From: Deferribacterales bacterium
GTDB lineage: Bacteria > Chrysiogenota > Deferribacteres > Deferribacterales > Geovibrionaceae
Assembly: GCA_050251875.1 (NCBI GenBank)
Contig: JBFWMA010000005.1
Span: 1-64,000 of the forward strand
Direction of reading: 5' to 3'
Length of the DNA stretch: 64,000 bases
Part shown: in pieces, positions 54,411 to 64,000 of the stretch
Position numbering within the stretch: position 1 is the first letter of the stretch
How the letters are laid out: each line of letters opens with the position of its first letter
Position numbers and translations under genes: made by a program
The notes under the pieces: model-generated
Database searches by the model: none
Told to the model about the DNA's origin: nothing
The model's input: only the letters and a program-made list of their open reading frames with translations

Positions 54411-55445
54411 TTATCTTATATACATTGCATCGCCGTAGCTGAAGAAGCGGTATCCGCTCTCCACGGCGTGCTTATACGCATTCAGTGTGCTGTCGTGTCC
54501 GGCGAACATAGTCACCAGAACCAGCAGGGTGGATTTCGGCAGGTGAAAGTTGGTTATCATCCTGTCCACCGTCCGGAACTTATATCCCGGCTTTATAAAA
54601 AGATCCGTTTCGCCGTATCCTCCGGCGACCCAGCCTTCGGATGAGGCCGCTTCCAGAGCTCTCACCGCTGTGGTTCCCACCGCCAGCAGTTTTTTTCCTT
54701 CCGCTTTCAGAGTGTTGATCTGCGCCGCTGTGTCATCGGAGATAAAATACTTCTCAGTGTGCATCTCGTGGTCTTCCAGATAGTCTGCCTTGACCGGGCG
54801 GAAAGTGCCTATGCCGATATTCAGAGTCAGTTCTAAAACCTTAACACCTTTTGCCCTGATTTTCCCCAGAATCTCTTCGGTGAAATGCAGTCCGGCTGTG
54901 GGCGCCGCCACAGAAGCCTCTTCGCCTGAATAGACCGTCTGATATCTGGACACATCGTCATCCGTGTCGTCCCTTCTGATGTAGGGGGGCAGGGGAATAT
55001 GTCCGTATCTGTTCATCATCTCCGTGACTGTGATGTCCACGAAGCGGATTGTTCTTGTGCTGTCGTCATTTAGTGATTCTATGACAGCGTGTCCCAGAGG
55101 AAAGTTCAGCACAATTCCCTGTTTTACGTTGCCTTTGGTGAGGGCGAGGCAGGTGTATTCGTCCAGTTTTTCCAGAATCAGAAGCTCCACAACTCCGCCG
55201 GTGGTCTTCTTTCCATAGAGTCTCGCTTTCATCACACGGGTGGTGTTCACCACCATGAAGCAGTCATCGTCTATCATGTCCGCTATATCGGCAAATGTTT
55301 GGTCTGTAATTCCGCCTGTTTTTCTGTCCATGACAAGCAGACGGGACTTTCCCCTCTCTTTCGCCGGAAACTGGGCGATCAGCTCTTCGGGCAGATAAAA
55401 GTCATAGTCCGCTACAGGGGTTTTTACCTCAGATATTTTCCGCAA
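54411..55445 (-). CDS. queA: S-adenosylmethionine:tRNA ribosyltransferase-isomerase
   Basis: LPEELIAQ, PLPPYI, YQTVY, AAPTAGLHF, TNFHLPKST, YRFFSYGD. Confidence 0.97.
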   Translation of the reverse strand: MRKISEVKTPVADYDFYLPEELIAQFPAKERGKSRLLVMDRKTGGITDQTFADIADMIDDDCFMVVNTTRVMKARLYGKKTTGGVVELLILEKLDEYTCLALTKGNVKQGIVLNFPLGHAVIESLNDDSTRTIRFVDITVTEMMNRYGHIPLPPYIRRDDTDDDVSRYQTVYSGEEASVAAPTAGLHFTEEILGKIRAKGVKVLELTLNIGIGTFRPVKADYLEDHEMHTEKYFISDDTAAQINTLKAEGKKLLAVGTTAVRALEAASSEGWVAGGYGETDLFIKPGYKFRTVDRMITNFHLPKSTLLVLVTMFAGHDSTLNAYKHAVESGYRFFSYGDAMYIR

Positions 55446-56805
55446 GATACTGCTTTACCTTTTCTGTGTCGTTGTCCATCAGAATACATTTTTTCGGAAG
55501 GTCTTCCAGCGCTCTGATTCCCTCGGGTTTCGGAGGGGTAACGAACGCCGCTTTTTCCGCCACCTCGGGGAATTTCGCCGGGTGAGCTGTGGACAGACAT
55601 ATGTAGTCGGCATCGTGGAACTCCAGAGCCGCTGAAACGCCGCACGCTGTGTGCGGGTCGAGTATATATTTGAATGTATTGTAGAAATACTGGATACATG
55701 TCTCTGTGAGCATGTTGCTGGCTGAGAATGTTCCGAATAATTTCTGAGTCTCTTTTATCTCTTTGTCGGTAAAGGTGATTTTACCTGTCTTTTTCAGCTC
55801 CTGCATCTTCTCCACAACTCTGGCGGAGTCTTTGTTATAGAGGAAATAGAGGTAGCGTTCGAAGTTGGACGCTATCTGAATGTCCATGCTGGGGCTGTGT
55901 GTAATCACCACGTCACGGATGCTGTAGTCTCCGTCATTGATGAAGCGAGACAGGATGTTGTTTTCGTTGGTTGCCAGAATGAGCTTGTCTATCTTAAGCC
56001 CCATCTGCTTAGCGAAAAATCCGGCGAATATATTGCCGAAGTTTCCTGTGGGCACTACAAATCTGATCTTTTCAGCGCCGTCTTTCTTCGCTCTGAAATA
56101 GCCGTAGAAATAGTAAACCACCTGCGCCAGAACTCTCGCCCAGTTGATGGAGTTTACCGCTCCCAGCTTGTTTTTGCGTTTGAAATCCACATCGGCGAAT
56201 ATCTCTTTCACGATGTCCTGACAGTCGTCAAAAGTGCCGTTCACGGCGATGTTGAAGACGTTTTCGTCTGTGACGGATGTCATCTGCATCTTCTGAACGG
56301 GGCTGACTCTTCCTTCCGGATGGAGGATGAATATGCGTATGTTGTCCTTGCCTCTCACGCCGTAGATGGCGGCGGAACCTGTGTCGCCGCTGGTGGCGCC
56401 GATGATGTTCAGCTTTTCGCCCCTCTCTTTGAGTATATATTCAAAGAGGTTGCCCAGAAGCTGAAGCGCAACGTCTTTAAAGGCGAAAGTCGGTCCGTGG
56501 AAAAGCTCCTGGATGTATATCTCGCCCATCTTCACCACGGGAGCGACCTGAGGATTGGCAAAAGTGCTGTAGCTTTTGTTTATCAGCTCTTTCAGGTCAT
56601 TTTCAGGGATGTCGTCCGCAAAATGTCTGATGACGGCGAACGCCAGCTCCGGATATGTCATGTTTTCCATAGCCTTCAGTTCGTCTTTCGTCAGGGCTGG
56701 AACTGATTCGGGCAGGAGAAGTCCTCCGTCCTCGGCGAGTCCCATCATGACGGCATCTTTGAAAGTGACCGGTTTTGTTTTTCCTCTGGTGCTGATATAT
56801 TTCAT
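55429..56805 (-). CDS. thrC: Threonine synthase
   Basis: MKYISTRG, ELFHGPTFAFKD, ATSGDTG, NSINWAR, VPTGNFGN, TAHPAKF. Confidence 0.96.
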   Translation of the reverse strand: MKYISTRGKTKPVTFKDAVMMGLAEDGGLLLPESVPALTKDELKAMENMTYPELAFAVIRHFADDIPENDLKELINKSYSTFANPQVAPVVKMGEIYIQELFHGPTFAFKDVALQLLGNLFEYILKERGEKLNIIGATSGDTGSAAIYGVRGKDNIRIFILHPEGRVSPVQKMQMTSVTDENVFNIAVNGTFDDCQDIVKEIFADVDFKRKNKLGAVNSINWARVLAQVVYYFYGYFRAKKDGAEKIRFVVPTGNFGNIFAGFFAKQMGLKIDKLILATNENNILSRFINDGDYSIRDVVITHSPSMDIQIASNFERYLYFLYNKDSARVVEKMQELKKTGKITFTDKEIKETQKLFGTFSASNMLTETCIQYFYNTFKYILDPHTACGVSAALEFHDADYICLSTAHPAKFPEVAEKAAFVTPPKPEGIRALEDLPKKCILMDNDTEKVKQYLAENI

Positions 56806-56828
56806 AAAAAACCTCGAACACTATAAAC

Positions 56829-56884
56829 GTAGGGCGGGGTTTGATACCCCGCCGAAAATGACGGCATATAAAATGCCGCCCTAC
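56829..56884. repeat. Inverted REP doublet (REPIN-like)
   Basis: GTAGGGCGGGGTTTGATACCCCGCCG ... GGCATATAAAATGCCGCCCTAC. Confidence 0.8.
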
Positions 56885-56915
56885 TTATAAAATGATTCTG
56901 ATATAAATTGATTGA

Positions 56916-57329
56916 TTAAACAAGCTCAAGTTGAGAGAAGAAGTAAGCGATTTCCTGAGCGGCTGTTTCGGGAGCATCTGATCCGTGAACGGCGTTGTTG
57001 TCGATGCTTTCGCCGAAAAGTTTTCTCAGTGTGCCTTCAGCGGCGTCTTTAGGGTTTGTGGCACCCATAAGGTCTCTCCAGCCTTTGATAGCGTTGTCTT
57101 TTTCAAGAACCATAACGATGCAGGGAGCGCTGCACATAAAGCTGGTAAGATCCTGAAAGAAGGGACGTGCTGAGTGAACAGCGTAGAAGCCTTCGGCTTC
57201 AGCTTTTGTCATGTGCATTTTTTTAAGACCAACGATTTTGAATCCTTCTTTTTCTATACGGTCGATGATAGCGCCCGCATTGCCTTTCGCTGTAGCATCG
57301 GGTTTGATGATTCCGAATGTTCTTTCCAT
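56916..57329 (-). CDS. ndk: Nucleoside diphosphate kinase
   Basis: [22 protein letters not shown]. Confidence 0.97.
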   Translation of the reverse strand: MERTFGIIKPDATAKGNAGAIIDRIEKEGFKIVGLKKMHMTKAEAEGFYAVHSARPFFQDLTSFMCSAPCIVMVLEKDNAIKGWRDLMGATNPKDAAEGTLRKLFGESIDNNAVHGSDAPETAAQEIAYFFSQLELV

Positions 57330-57419
57330 GTGAATGCCTCACTTTATAATTATAGTTATTTTGTGCATGTAAGCTCTATCATAATATAATGAGATATGCA
57401 AATTTTTTCATCGCATTAA

Positions 57420-58910
<1,491 letters not shown>

Positions 58911-58916
58911 AAAAAT

Positions 58917-58944
58917 AAAGCGGGGCGCAAACCCCGCTTTTTTT
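58917..58944 (+). terminator. Intrinsic terminator after gdhA
   Basis: AAAGCGGGG-CGCAAA-CCCCGCTTTTTTT. Confidence 0.88.
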
Positions 58945-59146
58945 ATATTCTATTACAGCCGTCATCGATCACTTTTACTGATCCGTAAGTCACTTAACGT
59001 TCATATACAGACCTCATCATAATGGAACCTATAATTATCGGCTTTGAATATCGGAAAAAAATTATCTTGTGCGATATTATTTCCATAGTGTATTATATGT
59101 CATTAACGCCTGAAGACTGGGGGCGTTAAAATATAAGGAGGTAATT

Positions 59147-60592
59147 ATGGATAATAACAAGAAACTGACCACGGCCGCCGGCGTACCTGTTCCGGATAAT
59201 CAGAATGCCGTGACTGCGGGTCCGAGAGGTCCCATGCTTTTACAGGATATATGGTTTTTAGAAAAACTGGCTCATTTTGACAGGGAAGTGATCCCTGAGA
59301 GAAGGATGCACGCCAAAGGTTCCGGAGCGTTCGGCACATTTACCGTGACTCATGACATCACTGAGTATACCAGAGCAAAAATGTTCTCCGAAATAGGCAA
59401 AAAAACAGATATGTTCGTGCGTTTCTCCACCGTCGCTGGCGAGAGGGGAGCGGCGGACGCCGAGAGAGACATCCGTGGATTTGCCATGAAATTCTATACC
59501 GAAGAGGGCAACTGGGATCTGGTGGGCAACAATACTCCGGTTTTTTTCCTGCGTGACCCTCTGAAATTTCCTGACCTGAACCACGCGGTGAAACGTGATC
59601 CCAGAACCAACATGCGCAGCGCCAAAAACAACTGGGATTTCTGGACATCTCTTCCCGAAGCCCTGCATCAGGTGACGATAACCATGAGCGAAAGAGGCAT
59701 CCCCTATTCATACAGACACATGCATGGATTCGGCAGCCACACTTTCAGCATGATTAATCAGGACAATCAAAGGGTTTGGGTCAAATTTCACCTGCTGACC
59801 CAGCAGGGAATAAAAACTCTGACCGACTGCGAAGCTGAGGCGGTGATAGCCAAGGACCGTGAGAGCAACCAGAGAGACCTTCTGGACAGTATAGATAAGG
59901 GTGATTTCCCCAGATGGAATATGTACATACAGGTTATGACAGAGAAGCAGGCGGATGAGATGCCCTATAATCCTTTCGATCTGACGAAGGTATGGTATAA
60001 GAAGGATTTTCCCCTGATACCCGTGGGATATTTTGAGCTCAACCGCAACCCCGAAAACTATTTCGCCGATGTGGAGCAGGCGGCTTTCAACCCGGCGAAT
60101 GTCGTTCCCGGAATCAGTTTTTCACCCGACAAGATGCTTCAGGGCAGGCTCTTTTCCTATGGTGACACTCAGAGATACCGTCTCGGCGTCAACCATCACT
60201 CCATACCGGTAAATGCTCCCAGATGTCCTTTCCACAGCTATCACAGAGACGGTCAGATGCGTGTGGACGGAAACCAGGGCGGGGCGACCTCCTATGAGCC
60301 CAACAGCTATGGCGAGTGGAAAGAGCAGCCTGAGTTCAAGGAACCTCCGCTGGAGATCAGAGGAGCGGCGTCCAGCTGGAATTTCAGAGAGGACGATGAT
60401 GACTACTACACTCAGCCGGGCATACTCTTCAGGCTGATGAGCAAAGAACAGCAGCAGACGCTTTTTGAAAATACGGCAAGAGCCATGGGCGATGCTCCTG
60501 AGATGATTAAGAAAAGACATATCGAAAACTGCTCCAAAGCCGATCCGGCATATGGAAAGGGAGTGGCTGACGCTATGGGGCTTTCTGTATAG
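59147..60592 (+). CDS. katA: Monofunctional heme catalase
   Basis: [21 protein letters not shown], proximal RLFSYGDTQ. Confidence 0.96.
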   Translation: MDNNKKLTTAAGVPVPDNQNAVTAGPRGPMLLQDIWFLEKLAHFDREVIPERRMHAKGSGAFGTFTVTHDITEYTRAKMFSEIGKKTDMFVRFSTVAGERGAADAERDIRGFAMKFYTEEGNWDLVGNNTPVFFLRDPLKFPDLNHAVKRDPRTNMRSAKNNWDFWTSLPEALHQVTITMSERGIPYSYRHMHGFGSHTFSMINQDNQRVWVKFHLLTQQGIKTLTDCEAEAVIAKDRESNQRDLLDSIDKGDFPRWNMYIQVMTEKQADEMPYNPFDLTKVWYKKDFPLIPVGYFELNRNPENYFADVEQAAFNPANVVPGISFSPDKMLQGRLFSYGDTQRYRLGVNHHSIPVNAPRCPFHSYHRDGQMRVDGNQGGATSYEPNSYGEWKEQPEFKEPPLEIRGAASSWNFREDDDDYYTQPGILFRLMSKEQQQTLFENTARAMGDAPEMIKKRHIENCSKADPAYGKGVADAMGLSV

Positions 60593-60604
60593 AACAATAC
60601 TTAT

Positions 60605-60631
60605 AAAGGGGCGGAGAGCGCCCCTTTTTTT
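60605..60631. terminator. Intrinsic terminator after katA
   Basis: AAAGGGGCG-GAGAG-CGCCCCTTTTTT. Confidence 0.85.
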
Positions 60632-61517
60632 ATTTCAGATAGGATGAGACAGTCTCTTCCAGCCGGTGTCTTTTGACATCCAGCAGTTTGAAGGCGGTGC
60701 TGTCCGAACAGGTGTTGCCTTCGGTGAGCATGATGAACTGGTCTCTTGTCAGCGGAAACCAGTCTGATTTTCCGAACAGCGATATCCCCGCTTTTATAAA
60801 CATTTCAGGCACAGGCATCAGCAGGTGCTTTCTTTTCAGAGATCTGCTTATCATTTTCAGAAGCTCTTTATATGTAATAAGGTCTTCACCGCAGAGAGGG
60901 TATGTTTTGTCATATGTCTCTTCCGAGTCTATCGCTTTCACGAAGCAGTCCGCCACGTCTTTCACATAAACGGGCATCATCGGGTATGAACCGTCTCCGA
61001 AATAGGTAAAAGCGGGGGCTGAGCGCATATATCCCGCCAGCATGTTTATGAAGGTGTCTCCCGGTCCGAATATGAGGGACGGACGGAAGATGGTATAGTC
61101 TATGTTATGATATTTCACTGCCTGTTCGGCGTTATATTTGGTTATGTGATACATGCTCACGGCGTTCTCTCTGGTGCCGTTGGCGGACATGTGGACATAT
61201 CGTCTTAATCCCTGTTCAGCCATGGCGGAGGTGATGTTCTCCGTGGCTTCCGTGTGCATGCGGGCGAATGTTACGCCCTTTTTCGGATATTCCCTGATGA
61301 TTCCCACCAGATGGATAACAGCGTCTATATCTTTGAGAGCGTGTTTCAGAGAGTCTTTGTCCAGCACGTCTCCGGTCGCTATCTCGGCGGCGTGTTCCAG
61401 CTTCTTTTCGCTGCCCTTGCGGACGAGCGCAACGGGGGCGTAGTTGTGGCGTATCAGAGATTCTATCACGGCGTTGCCCACAAAGCCTGTGGCGCCTGTT
61501 ACCAATACCTTTTTCAT
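60630..61517 (-). CDS. NAD-dependent epimerase/dehydratase (NDUFA9-like SDR)
   Basis: TGATGFVG, HLVGIIRE, YHITK, RPSLIFG. Confidence 0.88.
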   Translation of the reverse strand: MKKVLVTGATGFVGNAVIESLIRHNYAPVALVRKGSEKKLEHAAEIATGDVLDKDSLKHALKDIDAVIHLVGIIREYPKKGVTFARMHTEATENITSAMAEQGLRRYVHMSANGTRENAVSMYHITKYNAEQAVKYHNIDYTIFRPSLIFGPGDTFINMLAGYMRSAPAFTYFGDGSYPMMPVYVKDVADCFVKAIDSEETYDKTYPLCGEDLITYKELLKMISRSLKRKHLLMPVPEMFIKAGISLFGKSDWFPLTRDQFIMLTEGNTCSDSTAFKLLDVKRHRLEETVSSYLK

Positions 61518-62179
61518 ATCACATGCTCCCTTTTAAAGCTGAAGAACCCTGTCTTGCTTATAATAATATGGTCTGCCATGACAATATCAAGTGCCCCGAG
61601 GGCTTTTATCAGCTTGTCTGTCAGGTTGATGTCGTCTTCGGAAGGGTTCAGACTGCCGGTGGGGTGGTTGTGCGCCACGATGACGAAGCTCGCCTTCTTC
61701 TTTATCGCCTCTTCGGCGATCTCTCTGGGATATACCGCCAGCCTGTCCACTGTTCCGGTGAAAAAGTTTTTGTATCCCAGCAGTTTTTTATTAATATCCA
61801 TGAAGAGCGCCATGAACTGTTCCTTCTGTTCGTATCCGATGCGGAAACGCAGAAAAGACGCCGCTTTTTCCGGCTTGTCCAGAATCACCGCCTCCCGGTC
61901 GATATCCTCGTAGGCGGATCTGCCCATCAGCTCTCTGATCAGGCTGAAAAATACTCTCGCCTCTTCGCCCAGACCGTCCACATCCGCCATGGAATATCCG
62001 GGGGCGCCGCTGATTCCTCCGGCTCTTTCTATGAGAGCCTTCGCCTGCGGCTTGACATCCCTGCCTCTGACAACATAGCCCAGAAGCAGCTCAATCACCT
62101 CATAATCATAGAGAGATTCCGGTTCTTTCAAAAACCTCTCTTTCAGTCTCTGGCGGTGTCCGTGATAGTGTTCTTTCAT
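61514..62179 (-). CDS. radC: RadC family JAB-domain protein
   Basis: GHRQRLKERF, DYEVIELLL, AHNHPTG, SEDD, DHII; start MKEHY at 62179. Confidence 0.92.
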   Translation of the reverse strand: MKEHYHGHRQRLKERFLKEPESLYDYEVIELLLGYVVRGRDVKPQAKALIERAGGISGAPGYSMADVDGLGEEARVFFSLIRELMGRSAYEDIDREAVILDKPEKAASFLRFRIGYEQKEQFMALFMDINKKLLGYKNFFTGTVDRLAVYPREIAEEAIKKKASFVIVAHNHPTGSLNPSEDDINLTDKLIKALGALDIVMADHIIISKTGFFSFKREHVI

Positions 62180-62288
62180 AGTGTTATTTATATCAGCAGG
62201 TGTCAAAAGTGTAAATATGCTAAAACGCTGCTTGCAATTTACCAGTAATTTAATATTATCACAGGAGACCACCTAGGGAGGATGCATT

Positions 62289-62621
62289 ATGTTCGGACTG
62301 GGATTCAGCGAGATTTTATTGATACTTGCTCTTGCTCTGATATTTGTCGGTCCAAAGAAACTGCCGGAGATAGCGAAGGGGCTGGGCAAAGGATACGGTG
62401 AATTCCGTAAATATATGAACGAGTTCAAAGAGGCTGTGAATGTCACTGTGGAAGACGAGGTCAAACCCCAGAAAACATCCGCCTCAAAAGTATATGAAGA
62501 ACACTATAAGGACAGAATGACAGAGGGTCCTGTGATGAATAAGGATATTCAGGCGGATGAAGTTCATGCCGAGGAAGTGAAGGCAGAAGAGCCCGCTGAG
62601 GAGAAAAAACAGGATGCTTAA
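62289..62621 (+). CDS. tatB: Twin-arginine translocase TatA/TatB subunit
   Basis: [23 protein letters not shown]; overlaps the tatC start. Confidence 0.75.
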   Translation: MFGLGFSEILLILALALIFVGPKKLPEIAKGLGKGYGEFRKYMNEFKEAVNVTVEDEVKPQKTSASKVYEEHYKDRMTEGPVMNKDIQADEVHAEEVKAEEPAEEKKQDA

Positions 62622-63381
62622 CGAGAAAGAGAAGGGGGTTGAGGCGAAACTCCCCCTGATGGAACATCTGGTGGAGCTGAGAAAAAGGCTCATCAGGGTT
62701 TTCATAGTCGTTATCGTGGTCTTCTGCTTTGTCTATTCCAAAAGCGCCCTTTTCATGGATTTTGTCACCGCGCCTCTGGTAAAGCTCCTGCCGGAGAATT
62801 CCTCGCTCGCCATGATAAAGATCACGGAGGGATTTTTCACCGAGCTTAAGCTGTCGCTGGTTGTGGCTGTTTTTTTCAGCATGCCCGCAGTATTTTATCA
62901 GTTATGGAAATTCATCGCTCCCGGGCTTTACGCTCAGGAGAAAAAATATATGACATCATTCGTGGTGTTCGCCTCTCTGCTTTTTGTGGCGGGCGGAGCT
63001 TTTGCGTATTATGTCGTTTTTCCGTTCGGGTTTCAGTTTTTCTTAAGCTATGCCCACGGAGATGTCACCGCCACACTTTCGCTGGCGGAATATTTATCGT
63101 TTTTTACCAATATGCTGCTGGCTTTCGGCATAGTGTTTGAGATGCCTGTTTTCACCTTCTTTCTGGCGAAGATGGGTATACTGACATCACGCATGATGAA
63201 CAAATACAGAAGATTTTCTTATCTCGGTATTTTCGTTGTGGCTGCGATACTTACGCCTCCCGATATATTTTCGCAGGTTGCGATGGCGTGCCCGATGATT
63301 ATCTTATATGAAATAAGCGTCATCGTTGCCAAAGTATTCGGAAGAAAAAGGGAAGTGAAGGAAGAAGATGTCTACAGCTGA
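62614..63381 (+). CDS. tatC: Twin-arginine translocase TatC
   Basis: [30 protein letters not shown]. Confidence 0.96.
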   Translation: MLNEKEKGVEAKLPLMEHLVELRKRLIRVFIVVIVVFCFVYSKSALFMDFVTAPLVKLLPENSSLAMIKITEGFFTELKLSLVVAVFFSMPAVFYQLWKFIAPGLYAQEKKYMTSFVVFASLLFVAGGAFAYYVVFPFGFQFFLSYAHGDVTATLSLAEYLSFFTNMLLAFGIVFEMPVFTFFLAKMGILTSRMMNKYRRFSYLGIFVVAAILTPPDIFSQVAMACPMIILYEISVIVAKVFGRKREVKEEDVYS

Positions 63382-64000
63382 TGAAAAGAATATAACCGAT
63401 CAGTATGGGCGGCATATAAAATATCTGAGGGTGTCTGTGACAGACAGATGCAACTTCAGATGCAAATACTGTGTGCCCGCTGTGGAAAATTATAATCATG
63501 TTCCCCACCCGCAGATTATGACATATGAAGAGATGCTCACCGTGGTGGAGGTCTTTGCCGAGCTGGGCGTGCACAAGGTGCGTGTCACAGGGGGCGAGCC
63601 TCTGGTGAGAAGAGGCATAGAGAGCTTTCTGGGCGAGATATCCAAGGTGAAGGGCATAGACGAAGTAACCCTCACCACCAACGGAGCCCTGCTGGGCAAG
63701 TTCGCCGACAGCATCAAACAGGCGGGAATAAAGAGAATAAACGTCAGTCTGGATTCACTGCGTCCCGACAGATATAAAGAGATAACCGGAGGGTTCAACC
63801 TCCAGAATCTGATAGAGGGCATCAGATATGCCCAGAGCATCGGCATCGGACCTATCAAGACCAACACCGTGGTTATAAAAGGATTCAATGACGATGAGAT
63901 CGGCGATTTCTGCGATTTTGCCGCGGAGAACAACATCACATCCAGATTCATAGAGTTCATGCCCGTGGGCAACTATCTGGAGTGGAAAGATAAAGGTGTT
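63368..64000 (+). CDS. moaA: GTP 3',8-cyclase (radical SAM), runs off window
   Basis: Manual translation [35 protein letters not shown], later KVRVTGGEPL, TTNG, INVSLDSL, RFIEFMP. Confidence 0.95.
   Translation, partial: MSTADEKNITDQYGRHIKYLRVSVTDRCNFRCKYCVPAVENYNHVPHPQIMTYEEMLTVVEVFAELGVHKVRVTGGEPLVRRGIESFLGEISKVKGIDEVTLTTNGALLGKFADSIKQAGIKRINVSLDSLRPDRYKEITGGFNLQNLIEGIRYAQSIGIGPIKTNTVVIKGFNDDEIGDFCDFAAENNITSRFIEFMPVGNYLEWKDKGV

Noticed and set aside
58945..59146. PerR/OxyR box upstream of katA
   Set aside because: AT-rich, but no convincing match to either consensus by eye.

Overview
Bacterial chromosomal window; gene content and the rRNA operon suggest a Deferribacterota-like anaerobe (inference, not database-checked). 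1-3116 is the right end of an integrative element inserted at tRNA-Asn: an IS3-type end, a truncated gene remnant, an AAA ATPase, a tyrosine integrase and a duplicated tRNA 3' half. The rest is mostly core genome: an MBOAT/AlgJ-type O-acetylation pair, aldB-type ALDH plus DUF779, a yybP-ykoY riboswitch-small ORF-nhaA unit, signalling genes, moeA, a thiG-thiH-ogt-mtnA-AOR-class II aldolase operon, rpsB-tsf, lgt, a TPR/beta-barrel plus FecR pair, fba, a full rrn operon with four tandem promoters, a CsoR-family gene with a perfect 24-bp palindrome, a 136-bp tandem hairpin repeat, thrC-queA-tgt-yajC-secD-secF with GTAG REPs, ndk, gdhA, katA, radC, tatBC and partial moaA. Best novelty candidates: (1) a putative SAM by-product (5'-deoxyadenosine/MTA) disposal operon ending in an aldehyde:ferredoxin oxidoreductase and joined to thiGH; (2) a yybP-ykoY riboswitch upstream of a 53-aa ORF (below the ORF-track cut-off) coupled to nhaA; (3) a PEP-utilizer-like protein lacking the catalytic His; (4) the 136-bp repeat with CsrA-like GGA loops.
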